Shown one piece after another: positions 1-9,452 of a DNA stretch of 64,000 nt. The first letter of the stretch is position 1; each line of letters begins with the position of its first letter. Origin of the DNA: Candidatus Brocadiia bacterium (GTDB lineage: Bacteria; Planctomycetota; Brocadiia; SM23-32); NCBI GenBank assembly GCA_046538485.1, contig JBKHIT010000022.1, positions 1 through 64,000 of the forward strand, read 5' to 3'. The notes under the pieces are model-generated. The model was not told the DNA's origin. It worked only from the letters and a program-made list of their open reading frames with translations, and did not search any database. Position numbers and translations under genes: made by a program.

Positions 1-51
1 TACGATTGGGACTTACACCCAACAAGTTTACCCAGCCTTAACTGGGCACAC
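1..51 (-). mobile_element. Probable group II intron 5' end (continues beyond window edge)
   Basis: Minus strand reads GTGTGCCCAGTTAAGGCTGGGTAAACTTGTTGGGTGTAAGTCCCAATCGTA. It has the GUGYG 5' consensus, a CCCAG/CTGGG hairpin, and a GGGTG-nAAGT-CCC domain I motif. It begins where the prepilin reading frame breaks. Only 51 nt are visible. Confidence 0.7.
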
Positions 52-85
52 GCTCAATCAACGTGAACGCCTGTGACTTCTTCAT
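52..85 (-). CDS. 5' exon of a prepilin-type N-terminal cleavage/methylation (DUF1559-like) gene, interrupted
   Basis: GGGGG RBS-like run, then ATG AAG AAG TCA CAG GCG TTC ACG TTG ATT GAG C = MKKSQAFTLIE(L). The expected LLVVIAII is replaced by intron-like sequence with an in-frame TAA. Confidence 0.75.
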
Positions 86-349
86 GAGAACCCCCAACAG
101 CAAAAACACACTGTCTGAATTCACCTTATACAAGAATACCTCCGTTTTTGCCAAATCGCAACATAATCAGTGGGAGATGAAGGGACATAAGGGACGAAAG
201 AGACTACTGGTTCATGACTTTTGATTTCCAGCTTACAGCTGGCTATGACGTCGCGAAACAGCGAGATTGCGCGGGGCTTACGGGCCCCTTGCAATGACCT
301 GGGTCCCCGGAACTTCTGACAAAATTGACACCGGCCCACGATTGCTTGT

Positions 350-379
350 ACAGGCTGGAGAGCCTTGTGCTACATGCGT
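350..379. repeat. REP-like palindromic repeat
   Basis: ACAGGCTGGAGAGCCTTGTGCTACATGCGT; near-identical copy at 32641-32669. Confidence 0.7.
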
Positions 380-507
380 GCTTTGGCCACCCCCCGCATT
401 CTGAACTTCAGCCCCGCCAGAGCGGTGCTGAAGTCCAGTCTGCTCAATGGAAGCGGTAGTTGAGGCGGACAAAACCAGTCGCAACTGAAGCCGTTTTCAA
501 ATAGCAA

Positions 508-1947
508 TTAAACCGAGCGCGGCTGTTCTCTGTAATTATCCAGCAATTCCCGCAGCTCATCCACTTTCTGAGGGAGGGCTTTTGCGAGATTTGTGGTTTC
601 GCCGGGGTCGCGTTCCAGATCGTAGAGTTGCACGGGCGGCAGACCCATTTCTTCGGCTTCATCTTCCTTCGGAAAACTCCAGCCTCCCGAGCCGCGGGCT
701 TCCAGAAGTTTCCATTTGCCCTTCCGGATTGCGAATTCCCCGCTCACCGAGTGATGCACTGTTGCCTCCCGGAAATTGCCCTCGATATTCTCGCCGCGCA
801 GAAGCGGCATGAGATCGTAGCTGTCCCCCGCCGCATTCTCCGGGATCGAATCATCGACGATGGATCCGACCGTCGCAAAAAGATCGGGCGTGCAGATCGT
901 CCGGTCGCAGACCGACCCCGGTTCCACAACACCGGGCCATCGCGCGAGGAAAGGCGTCCGGTGACCGCCTTCATAGATGTCCGCTTTCGTCCCCCGCCAC
1001 GGGTAATTCGGGTCATGGCCCATTTCCTTCAGTTCGCCGATTTTTGCCGCCGGGGAGGCCCCATTGTCGCTGGTGAAAATCACCAGCGTATCATCGGCCA
1101 GCCCGTTTTGATCAAGACACGCAAGGACTTCACCGACGACGGCATCGATCTGGGTCACGAAATCGCCATAGAGTCCGATATCGGTTCGTCCCCGGTATTC
1201 TGAAGTTGGGACGATGGGGGTATGCGGAGCTGACAACGGGAAGTAGATGAAGAACGGCTGGTCGGCCCCGTCACTGGACCGTTCTTCGATCTTTGTCAGG
1301 ACTTTCTCTGTGAATGTCGGCAGTACGTCAACGGCTTTCATTCCCGGCACGGCCATTCCGCGTCGCATGAGATACGGCGTATCGACACCGATCTTGCTTT
1401 CTTCGCTCGGGATTCCGGTGCACTGGCCGTTCTCGATGTAGACATACGGTGGGATATCGAGCGAACTCGGGATCACAAAGGAGTAATTGAATCCCCGGTC
1501 GTTCGGGCCTTCGGTGACCGATTTCGTGTAATCGATTCTCTTGAGCGCTTCCCCTTCCCAATCGTTGCTGTTTTCGGCGAACGGCTCTCCATCCTCTGTT
1601 TGCCATCCCAAACCCAGATGCCATTTCCCGACGCATGCGGTCCAGTAACCGTGCTCCTGCAGGTAAGACGCAACCGTGGGCCGGTCCTCTTCCAGCAGCA
1701 TCGGGCTTTCTCCGGTGAGAACGCCGGCTTTCAGGCGGCTCCGCCAGTTGTACCGACCGGTCATAATGCTGTAGCGGGTTGGAGTGCAGACGGCCGAACT
1801 GGTGTGGGAATCGGTAAAACGCATTCCATCGTCGGCCAGCTGATCCAGCACGGGAGTGGGGGCTTTGCAGTTGGGGTTGAAGCACCCCACGTCGCCATAG
1901 CCCTGGTCGTCAGCAAGAATGTAGACAATGTTGGGAAATTGGGGCAT
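508..1947 (-). CDS. Arylsulfatase (S1, Cys-type)
   Basis: PNIVYILADDQGYGD, CTPTR (CxPxR), GKWHLG and FTSDNG motifs. Start moved to MPQFPN, which has a GGAG RBS. Confidence 0.95.
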   Translation of the reverse strand: MPQFPNIVYILADDQGYGDVGCFNPNCKAPTPVLDQLADDGMRFTDSHTSSAVCTPTRYSIMTGRYNWRSRLKAGVLTGESPMLLEEDRPTVASYLQEHGYWTACVGKWHLGLGWQTEDGEPFAENSNDWEGEALKRIDYTKSVTEGPNDRGFNYSFVIPSSLDIPPYVYIENGQCTGIPSEESKIGVDTPYLMRRGMAVPGMKAVDVLPTFTEKVLTKIEERSSDGADQPFFIYFPLSAPHTPIVPTSEYRGRTDIGLYGDFVTQIDAVVGEVLACLDQNGLADDTLVIFTSDNGASPAAKIGELKEMGHDPNYPWRGTKADIYEGGHRTPFLARWPGVVEPGSVCDRTICTPDLFATVGSIVDDSIPENAAGDSYDLMPLLRGENIEGNFREATVHHSVSGEFAIRKGKWKLLEARGSGGWSFPKEDEAEEMGLPPVQLYDLERDPGETTNLAKALPQKVDELRELLDNYREQPRSV

Positions 1948-2073
1948 TTTCAGACTCCGATTGGAACAGAAGGCGATACAAACCAACAAAATGCTTTATT
2001 TGACGGACGCTCCGTCTCCCTGACACTCCGATCCCACAAATGACGGAGGACGCATAAGTCGTGCAGAAGTTTG

Positions 2074-2463
2074 TCAGGCTTTCTGGCTTTTCAAAAAATC
2101 TTCCACTTCTCTGGTGAGTTCTTCAATATCCTTGATTCCCTGAAGCAACTGATCGACGGGCAGCCAGCGAGGCAATTCGCCACTGATGTTGGTCGGGATA
2201 TTATGACCCTCCCAGGTGAATGCCAGTTTAGGTGTTTTTTCCAGCTCAGCCCACCTGTCCACCCATCGGCAGAATTCAGCCCCGTCCATACCCGGCAGAT
2301 ACAAATCGAGCACCAGCGCATCGTATTCTTCATGGTCATTAATCCGCAACATAGCGCGTTCTGCGCAATGCGCAACTTCGACACAGTGTCCCCTTTGCGC
2401 CAGTTTTTCCTGGACGCAGCTCGTACAGTAGCTTTTTCCTTCAACGTATAAGATTCTGGCCAT
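2074..2463 (-). CDS. Stand-alone atypical response-regulator receiver protein
   Basis: ILYVE...ALVLDLYLPGMDGAEFC receiver motif; conserved Lys-Pro not evident; N-terminal CTSC. Confidence 0.8.
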   Translation of the reverse strand: MARILYVEGKSYCTSCVQEKLAQRGHCVEVAHCAERAMLRINDHEEYDALVLDLYLPGMDGAEFCRWVDRWAELEKTPKLAFTWEGHNIPTNISGELPRWLPVDQLLQGIKDIEELTREVEDFLKSQKA

Positions 2464-2501
2464 GTTCTACATCCTCCGCTTCGGAGGGCAAGAGCCGCGA
2501 T

Positions 2502-3602
2502 TTAACTGGTCCCGTCACTACCTATGATTTTATCCAGTGCTACATGTTCTTGAATCAGATTTTGGGCAAGTTCCAGTTTGCTACGATCACGCGGAGTAAT
2601 CTTCGCCACCAATCGGCGGGCCCGATATGCAGCGGTAGCGGTATCCTCCTCGGAGAGCAAAACCGGCACATCCACCTGGCACATTAGATTCACTATGCTC
2701 AAATGCGGGATTAACCCACCGGTCAGCAAAAGTCCTGACACCTGAGACGTCGGTGCTTTATCTTGCATCAAATGGGCGTTAATACAGGTCACAATATTAT
2801 CGACGCGGTCGCCTGGTACCACGACCAGGCATCCTGTTTCCAGGTAACCCACCATATTCTGCGGTTCCATTGCGCCCACAATAATATCGCGCACTTTATT
2901 ATCCAGGTGCTCCGTTCCAGTCAGCACTTCCAGATCGAGTTCGTCCCGCAGTTGAACCATTGTGGGATAAGTCAGCTCGGTTTTATACGGGATCACGCCG
3001 AGGCAATCGATTCCTATATTCTGGAGGCCCTGTCTTACGGCTCGGCTGACTTTCTCATATTTGCTTTCGTAAACTTTGTTTATGACCGCCCCGAGGACAT
3101 TCACACCCCGTCTCTCGAAGAGCGCCCGGTTCAGCGCAATCTCATCGATGCAACTTCCTATACCCCCGCCGCTAACAATGATGCATTCCGCGCCCAGGAG
3201 CCTGGCCACCTCAGCATTCGACGCATCGATCACCGAACCTACGCCTGCGTGACCGGTGCCTTCAATAATGGCAACATCTTTCCCGGTGGCTACTTCCTCG
3301 AAAGCCTCCAATATTTGCCCCCGAATGTGCTCCGGGCGACGGTCAAAGATATAGTCCCGGGTGAAACCTCTGGGGATCAGAACGGGACTGATTTCCTGCA
3401 GGTCGCCGTCAGCGGCCAGAGCCTTTTTGAACAGGACCGCATCTTCGTCGGCCGCCACCCCATCGGTCTCGATGTATCTCTGGCCGACCGGCTTTATGAA
3501 ACAGGCCGAAAGGCCCCGTTCCAGCGCTGCCTGGTACAATCCGACCGAAATGGTTGTCTTACCGTCATGCTGCTCAGTGGCAGCGACGTAGATCTTTTTC
3601 AT
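2502..3602 (-). CDS. BioD-like AAA_26 + DRTGG protein (phosphotransacetylase N-terminal-like, no catalytic Pta domain)
   Basis: GKTT P-loop, FIKPVG, IIEGTGH and VVPGDR...LLLTGG (DRTGG) motifs. Confidence 0.88.
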   Translation of the reverse strand: MKKIYVAATEQHDGKTTISVGLYQAALERGLSACFIKPVGQRYIETDGVAADEDAVLFKKALAADGDLQEISPVLIPRGFTRDYIFDRRPEHIRGQILEAFEEVATGKDVAIIEGTGHAGVGSVIDASNAEVARLLGAECIIVSGGGIGSCIDEIALNRALFERRGVNVLGAVINKVYESKYEKVSRAVRQGLQNIGIDCLGVIPYKTELTYPTMVQLRDELDLEVLTGTEHLDNKVRDIIVGAMEPQNMVGYLETGCLVVVPGDRVDNIVTCINAHLMQDKAPTSQVSGLLLTGGLIPHLSIVNLMCQVDVPVLLSEEDTATAAYRARRLVAKITPRDRSKLELAQNLIQEHVALDKIIGSDGTS

Positions 3603-3623
3603 GATCTCTGAGCCCTGCCGCTA

Positions 3624-4253
3624 TTAGCCACAGGGCCCCTTGCCCTCAAGAACGGAAACCAGTCTCTCGGCCGCGACGATCATACTTTCGATACTGATGA
3701 CGTCCAGTGCGTTATCCGAAAACAGCACTTCGCAGCAAGAGGGGAGTTCTTCGTCCCCCTCCTGGCGGACAACCTGCATCTCGAAGTTGGGGAAAAAACG
3801 GAACAGGTAGCGCAGGGGATCCTGCTCCCCCATCGCTCCTCCCAAAGCTTCAGCCGCTTCTCGAAGGGTCGCTTCCTCGGCGCCCACGCCGTGGGTGAGA
3901 CGCTGGGTGACCCGCTGGTCATAGGCCTTCTGGTAGCCGCGCGCTTCCCCAAAATCCGTAAACCCTTCAAAAGTCGACGGTTTAGAGGGCGTCTGGCTGT
4001 TAAGATAATCCAGAAAAAGGATCTTCCACACAGTCCGGGGTGCGGTCTCCTCTTCTTCGACGGTCACCGAAACCGAATCGGGGTCAAGCACAAAATGCCA
4101 TTTCAGAACTTTAAGTCGGACATTACCGTCTTCGGTCATATCGGCACCGAGCTGCTCGAAGCGTTCAGGATCGAAGGTCTCCTTCAGACACTGGCTCTTT
4201 TTCCGCAAAGCAGACTCGTACTGTTCTCGTTTTTTCTTTTCAGGCTTTGCCAT
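3624..4253 (-). CDS. DUF3786-like protein of acs clusters
   Basis: FRFFPNFEMQVVRQEGDEELPSCCEVLF resembles the DUF3786 C-terminus; lies downstream of acsE. Start taken at MAKPEK. Confidence 0.75.
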   Translation of the reverse strand: MAKPEKKKREQYESALRKKSQCLKETFDPERFEQLGADMTEDGNVRLKVLKWHFVLDPDSVSVTVEEEETAPRTVWKILFLDYLNSQTPSKPSTFEGFTDFGEARGYQKAYDQRVTQRLTHGVGAEEATLREAAEALGGAMGEQDPLRYLFRFFPNFEMQVVRQEGDEELPSCCEVLFSDNALDVISIESMIVAAERLVSVLEGKGPCG

Positions 4254-4272
4254 CTGCGAAACCTTCCACAAA

Positions 4273-5064
4273 TCAACGATTGCCGAGATATGCGTCGATG
4301 TAGTCGTCGCAGTAAATCTGCTCTTCAAGCAACAGTTCGGCCGTAATTCCCGCTTCCATCAAATCCGTATCGGTCGCGTCCATGATCGCTCCGTCCAGTC
4401 CTGCGCCAATAGCCATCACGAGGAACGTCCGGTTGATGAGGCTACGGAGTTTGCAGCTCTGACTGACGTTCGAGAGGCCGACGATAAACTTGGGCGGCGG
4501 ATCGCTGAAGACTTTAAGCTGCCGAATCGCATCGCAGACAACCTGAGGTTGTTTTGGCGCAACGTTCACGGGGATAATGACCGGGTCGATGATCAGATCC
4601 GGGATATCCAGACCGTATTCCATGGCTTTTGTCACCATAGTCGCCCCCATGCTGACCCGCGAGTCGACATCACTCGGGACGCCGCTGGCAGAAATGGTCA
4701 GGGCCACCAGTTGGCTATCGGTCTCGACGGCAAGCGGGATGTAGCGGTCCAGCTCTTCTTCGGTCGCTTTTGTCGAGTTAATGATCGTCGGATTGTTACA
4801 TTCTTTGACCGCTTTTTCCATCACCTCAAATTTCGGCGTATCGATGCACAGCGGAGCGTCGGTGACCTCTTCGGTGGCTTCTATGAGCCAGAGCATGTTT
4901 TCGAGGGCATCGCCTTTAGCGGTCCCCACGTTAATATCCAGCACATCGGCGCCGCATCCGAGCTGCTTCGTAGCCGTTTCCTGGATAACCGATTTGTCAT
5001 CTCCCTCGATCGCCTCTTTAACCTCACTGAACATTCCGTTGATACGTTCGCCAATCACAAACAT
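4273..5064 (-). CDS. acsE: Methyltetrahydrofolate:corrinoid Fe-S protein methyltransferase
   Basis: MFVIGERING, LDINVG, LCIDT, IINS, IDP, GLSNVS pterin-binding TIM barrel; located in the acs operon. Confidence 0.95.
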   Translation of the reverse strand: MFVIGERINGMFSEVKEAIEGDDKSVIQETATKQLGCGADVLDINVGTAKGDALENMLWLIEATEEVTDAPLCIDTPKFEVMEKAVKECNNPTIINSTKATEEELDRYIPLAVETDSQLVALTISASGVPSDVDSRVSMGATMVTKAMEYGLDIPDLIIDPVIIPVNVAPKQPQVVCDAIRQLKVFSDPPPKFIVGLSNVSQSCKLRSLINRTFLVMAIGAGLDGAIMDATDTDLMEAGITAELLLEEQIYCDDYIDAYLGNR

Positions 5065-5124
5065 CGAATCGTTCTCCTTCTGACCGTGAGTTCAATTTCT
5101 TATCAACCCGCTCGCTGGAAATTA

Positions 5125-6099
5125 TCATGCGCCCGCGTTTTCGGGCCACATCTCGTCGAGCATTTCTCGGGCCTGTTCCATAGCTTCGGGATTCCTCAAT
5201 ACGAACAACTCGCCGCCGGCTTCAGCAAGACCCAGGACGCTGGCGGCTTCCCAGAGGGGTGCACGGATTTTCTCCGAACCCCAGCTCGGTTCTTCTTCCT
5301 CGGGGGTTTTCGCTTCTTTCACTCGTCCGGTTTCGGCCCCGACATTCAGCACAATTGGTTGCTGCATGAGTTTATCGCCCTGCAGAGCGGCATTGCGAGC
5401 CCGTTCCATTACCGAGTAAATGTAAATCATACCGAATCCAAGCGCACCGGTCGTGGGATAAATGACGATATCGTTGAGGTCAACACCGACATCCTGCAGC
5501 AGCATATTGACCTGTTTGGCCAGGTTGATATCACACGGAGACTCGGCAATCACCTTATGCCCATCGGCCAGACAGGACGCTCCCAGCGTGCGGTAATCGT
5601 CTTCTTTGGCCGTACCCAGCAGCAGGTTCTCTCCGGCCGCCGCCTGGGAAACTTTTGGCAGGACATCATCGTCGACCTCGGGCACATCCACGCCCCAGAC
5701 AATGAGGGGAAGACCGCAGCTATCGAGCACTTTTTTAACATCATCAGCACACTCATCGGCCGATCGCCCACCGTCATCGGGATGGGCAGCATCAAGGCGC
5801 AGGCAGACCAGATCGGCGCCCCATTCTTCCGCTTTTGCGGCCCAGGCACCGACATCGCCGGCCACATCTTCGACGTGTTTGCGAACTTCGGGCTCCCAAT
5901 CATCGGCGCCGAGATTGGACACCTCCATTGCAAAGGCGGGAGGATTCGGGAATTCCCCTTCGAATCCCAGAAGCGGCAAACCGGTGTCACCGCCGATCGT
6001 AACAGTCTTCTCGCGGGAACCTCCTTCATCCGACGTTGCGCCTATCGTGACCTCATTGATCGTCCCGCTATAGTTTTCTTCAACAGATGGCACGGACAT
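5125..6099 (-). CDS. acsD: Corrinoid Fe-S protein small (delta) subunit
   Basis: IGGDTGLP, AESPCDINLAKQVN, TGALGFG..YIYSVMERAR.AALQGD motifs. Confidence 0.95.
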   Translation of the reverse strand: MSVPSVEENYSGTINEVTIGATSDEGGSREKTVTIGGDTGLPLLGFEGEFPNPPAFAMEVSNLGADDWEPEVRKHVEDVAGDVGAWAAKAEEWGADLVCLRLDAAHPDDGGRSADECADDVKKVLDSCGLPLIVWGVDVPEVDDDVLPKVSQAAAGENLLLGTAKEDDYRTLGASCLADGHKVIAESPCDINLAKQVNMLLQDVGVDLNDIVIYPTTGALGFGMIYIYSVMERARNAALQGDKLMQQPIVLNVGAETGRVKEAKTPEEEEPSWGSEKIRAPLWEAASVLGLAEAGGELFVLRNPEAMEQAREMLDEMWPENAGA

Positions 6100-6173
6100 G
6101 TTTGGCCTCCTGACAACAGTAAGTATCTTCGCGTAATGTTGAACTTAGTTTCATACGGCTCGCTCCAACCAGC

Positions 6174-8030
6174 TCATCCCGCCGGTTCCGTCTGGCAAAC
6201 GGTGGGGAACCGCGCCGGGTCGGTATGCGGCAAAAAACGTGCCGCCACAAACTGATCCATGTAATCCGGGTGCGTCGACAGTTCAAAATACGTCATTCGA
6301 CGGGCCACAGACTGGCACGTGGCAAAACATCCCTCATCCACAGCCGCCATGATACCGCCTTCCAGCGATGTATTCCCGGCAAACTCAATTTTCTCGCGAG
6401 GCACATCGGGCAGCAAACCGATTCGTACGGCATTTCCCTTATCCATCTTTTCACCGAATGCACCGGCGAGCATAATCGATTCCAGATCGTTCCATTCCAT
6501 CCCGAGGCTATCGAGCAGCACACTGGCCGCGGCGTAGATCGCCCCCTTCGCCCGCACAAGATTGTCAATATCGCACTGGGTCAGAACGATATCCTCGTCT
6601 TTCATGGCCGTCTCCTCGCCGATTAAAACGCATTCTTGCGTGCCATCATCTCGCTTTCGGAGACACGAAGATGCATTTTCACGGAATCGACCGGTACGGT
6701 CAACAACACCATGTTCCACCAGTTCGGCCAGCAGGTCGATATACCCGGTCCCGCAAATCCCGACGGCCAGTCTATCTTCGATTGTTTCCCAACACAGGCC
6801 GTCATCCCACCATACGCTTTCGATGGCGCCGGGCATTGCGCGGGTACCAGACGCGCTGGCTTCCCCCTCGAACGCCGGCCCGGCCGAAGCACTGCAGCAC
6901 GCCAGAAAATCGCGGGACCCTATCACGATCTCGCCATTTGTGCCGAGATCTATCAGCATTTTAGGCTTCGGGCTTTCATGGAGTCCCGTAGCCATAACCC
7001 CGGCCGTTACATCTGATCCGACAAACGAGCTGACCGATGGCAGGCAATAGGCCATCCCCCGGGGATTGATATCCAGCCCGAGCTCAGAAGCAAGAATCTG
7101 CGGGACGCGGTAGCTGCATCCCACGTAAGGCTCGCGGCGAATCCACAGGGGTTCCATACCCATAAGCAGATGTATCATTGTGGTGTTACCGGTCGCGACA
7201 ACTCCCCAGACGCGTTCCCTTTCCATCCCTGCGGCCTCAAGTAGGGCCGTGAGCAACCGATTGACATCCCCGGCCACCGTCGATTGCATATCTCGGAGTC
7301 CGTCTTCATTTTGCTGACAGTGGATAATCCGCGTGATGACATCGGGGCCGTAAATCAGCTGGCTGTTGTAGCAGGATGCTTTCCAGTGGCAGCCGGGAGC
7401 CAGGAGCTCCGCTTTCAGACTGGTCGTCCCGACATCGACCGCGAGTATAGCCGGACGGGTATCGGTGCGCTGGTTGACATCGAGTATCTGCGAGCCGCAG
7501 GTGCCGATGGCAAGTGTGACTTCCGGATCCCACTCGGCTCGGCGGAGCCGTCCGGGGAGATCTTTGAGGACCTCGGGGGGGAAACTGTAGTTACCCGGAC
7601 GCCATTCCTCAAGGGCTGCAACCACCCGCTCGTCGTCGGGCAGATTATCTTCAAGACTCGGAGGGGACAGGGACAGGTTGACTCTTTTGACCAGCGCTCC
7701 GTCAGGGGGGAATTTCTCCGGCAGCGCTTCGATCTCACGAACCGTCACATCTTCGGTGGCCTCACGGCTCGAATCTGGCACGCGGACCGCCACATCGGAT
7801 TCGAGCGTCAGACACCGACAGGCCAGATCCTCCCCTTCTTCAAGCTCAAAGCGAGAATGAAGACGATGGACCTGGCCGGACTCCACCCGGATCCGGCAAC
7901 GTCCACATGTACCGCGCCCGCCGCAATCGTTGCGCAGACGGACCCCGGCCGACCTCGCCGCATCCAGCAGGCTCGTGCCGGTTTCCACGTCCACGCCTAC
8001 GCCATCGGGCTGGAAGGTGACTCGGGGCAT
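6174..8030 (-). CDS. acsV: ASKHA-type reductive activator of corrinoid proteins (RACo)
   Basis: N-terminal 2Fe-2S (CGGRGTCGRC...LAC), DVGTT, GNTTM, DLGTNGE, SAGPAFEG, GICGTG and LAGAFG motifs. Confidence 0.93.
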   Translation of the reverse strand: MPRVTFQPDGVGVDVETGTSLLDAARSAGVRLRNDCGGRGTCGRCRIRVESGQVHRLHSRFELEEGEDLACRCLTLESDVAVRVPDSSREATEDVTVREIEALPEKFPPDGALVKRVNLSLSPPSLEDNLPDDERVVAALEEWRPGNYSFPPEVLKDLPGRLRRAEWDPEVTLAIGTCGSQILDVNQRTDTRPAILAVDVGTTSLKAELLAPGCHWKASCYNSQLIYGPDVITRIIHCQQNEDGLRDMQSTVAGDVNRLLTALLEAAGMERERVWGVVATGNTTMIHLLMGMEPLWIRREPYVGCSYRVPQILASELGLDINPRGMAYCLPSVSSFVGSDVTAGVMATGLHESPKPKMLIDLGTNGEIVIGSRDFLACCSASAGPAFEGEASASGTRAMPGAIESVWWDDGLCWETIEDRLAVGICGTGYIDLLAELVEHGVVDRTGRFRENASSCLRKRDDGTQECVLIGEETAMKDEDIVLTQCDIDNLVRAKGAIYAAASVLLDSLGMEWNDLESIMLAGAFGEKMDKGNAVRIGLLPDVPREKIEFAGNTSLEGGIMAAVDEGCFATCQSVARRMTYFELSTHPDYMDQFVAARFLPHTDPARFPTVCQTEPAG

Positions 8031-8031
8031 A

Positions 8032-9372
8032 CTATTTTAGCAGGTTAGCCCATTCGTTCTTGAGGAAATTGGGAATTCCGGTGGCCTCTTTGGGCCCCAC
8101 GATGACATCCTGGCCGATCTCTTCCTGCAGCTCTCCGCTGATAACGGCCACGAGCCCGGGAATGACCGGACAGCGATGATCTTCATCCAATTTTTCCAGC
8201 GCTTCCGTGCTTTCCAGCGCACCTTTGATCTGCTCGGGGCCAAACTTATCCGCCGCCCAGGCTGTCAACACGCTCGTACCTTCGGTATCGACCGGAAGGA
8301 TGTAGGCGCCGACACGACTGGCTTCGACCTCGCTCAGCACGCTATAGTAAGTAAGCGAAAAGTTTGTGGTGATCAACAGCGGAGACTGCGAATCCGGCTC
8401 GTTGGCTTCACGCAGAGACTGTTCAACCTGAACCGGAACCTGCGGATCGATGTAGATGCTCTGTCGCATCGTAAGCACGGGCAGGACATATTCGGGACCA
8501 TCCGGCTCGAGCACCACGATCCCCGCGTATTTCGCCACGTAATGACAGGCTTCCAGCGACGCCTCATTGGGGTCTTCTTTCCAGGCGCGCAAGAGAACGG
8601 GATAGCCGAGGGGACGGTGGCTCTTGTTCAAAGCCGCCCTTCTGGCTTTTGTTGTGAACTCGAGAGCTTCGGCCGGGCTGACTTCGCCGGGGCAGAGGAC
8701 CATGTCTTCCACGCCGGCGTCTTTTGCTTTCTGGGTATCTTCATTGCACTTTTCCAGGTCCCCTTCCACAACAACTGGAAGGCCGGCATCAGAAGCCAGT
8801 TCGATCAACTGATCGGACGGGCCTTCTCGTTCCCAGAGCAAGGGATTGCTATCGGCGAGCGCATTTGCCGCATCCGCAAGCAGATCCGCGGACTCGGCCA
8901 CCAGCACGAGCGGAAGTCCCAAAGAATCATCGAGCTTCTGAGCCACATCTTTGAGCTTCGATCCGTCCCCACTTTCGCATTCGACGGTAACGACATCGAC
9001 CGCGATCTCTTCTCCGACCCGTTCGAATCGGATCGATTCGATCTGTTCCGCCTTCGCATCGATATCATCGGTATCCTTCACCACAATAGCGACACCGCAC
9101 GGTTTCTGGAACCGTTCTTCGTGGCGGAACATCACGGTTTCGTTGCCGATTTCCAGTTTCTTGGGGCCAGCTCCAACAGTCACCAATTTTTGCGGAGGCG
9201 CACTGGCCGCGCCGAGTTCTTCCATCGCATCGTCCGAAACATGCGGGCATTCCTCAACCGAAGCCTGTTTGTTCGCGACCTTCATCGCAAAAGCCAGGCA
9301 AGTCGGAACACCACAGTCCCCACAATCGGTCTGGGGAAGCAGCTTGAAGATATCCAGTCCTGTTAAGGCCAT
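8032..9372 (-). CDS. acsC: Corrinoid Fe-S protein large (gamma) subunit
   Basis: MALTGLDIFKLLPQTDCGDCGVPTCLAFAMK, ETVMFRHE, TTNFSLTY and SVLTAWAADKF motifs. Confidence 0.97.
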   Translation of the reverse strand: MALTGLDIFKLLPQTDCGDCGVPTCLAFAMKVANKQASVEECPHVSDDAMEELGAASAPPQKLVTVGAGPKKLEIGNETVMFRHEERFQKPCGVAIVVKDTDDIDAKAEQIESIRFERVGEEIAVDVVTVECESGDGSKLKDVAQKLDDSLGLPLVLVAESADLLADAANALADSNPLLWEREGPSDQLIELASDAGLPVVVEGDLEKCNEDTQKAKDAGVEDMVLCPGEVSPAEALEFTTKARRAALNKSHRPLGYPVLLRAWKEDPNEASLEACHYVAKYAGIVVLEPDGPEYVLPVLTMRQSIYIDPQVPVQVEQSLREANEPDSQSPLLITTNFSLTYYSVLSEVEASRVGAYILPVDTEGTSVLTAWAADKFGPEQIKGALESTEALEKLDEDHRCPVIPGLVAVISGELQEEIGQDVIVGPKEATGIPNFLKNEWANLLK

Positions 9373-9452
9373 AAATCTAATTCCTCTCTTTCATAGAGGC
9401 ACAATGGTTCGTGTCAAAGGCTTTTGAGTCGGGTCCCGTACCACAGATTCCA

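Noticed and set aside
180..205. Imperfect 9-bp tandem AAGGGACAT/AAGGGACGA/AAGAGACT
   Set aside because: Three degenerate units only; no function supportable.
6129..6144. Third GTTCA-N6-TGAAC operator before acsD
   Set aside because: Only a TTGAAC half-site is present.
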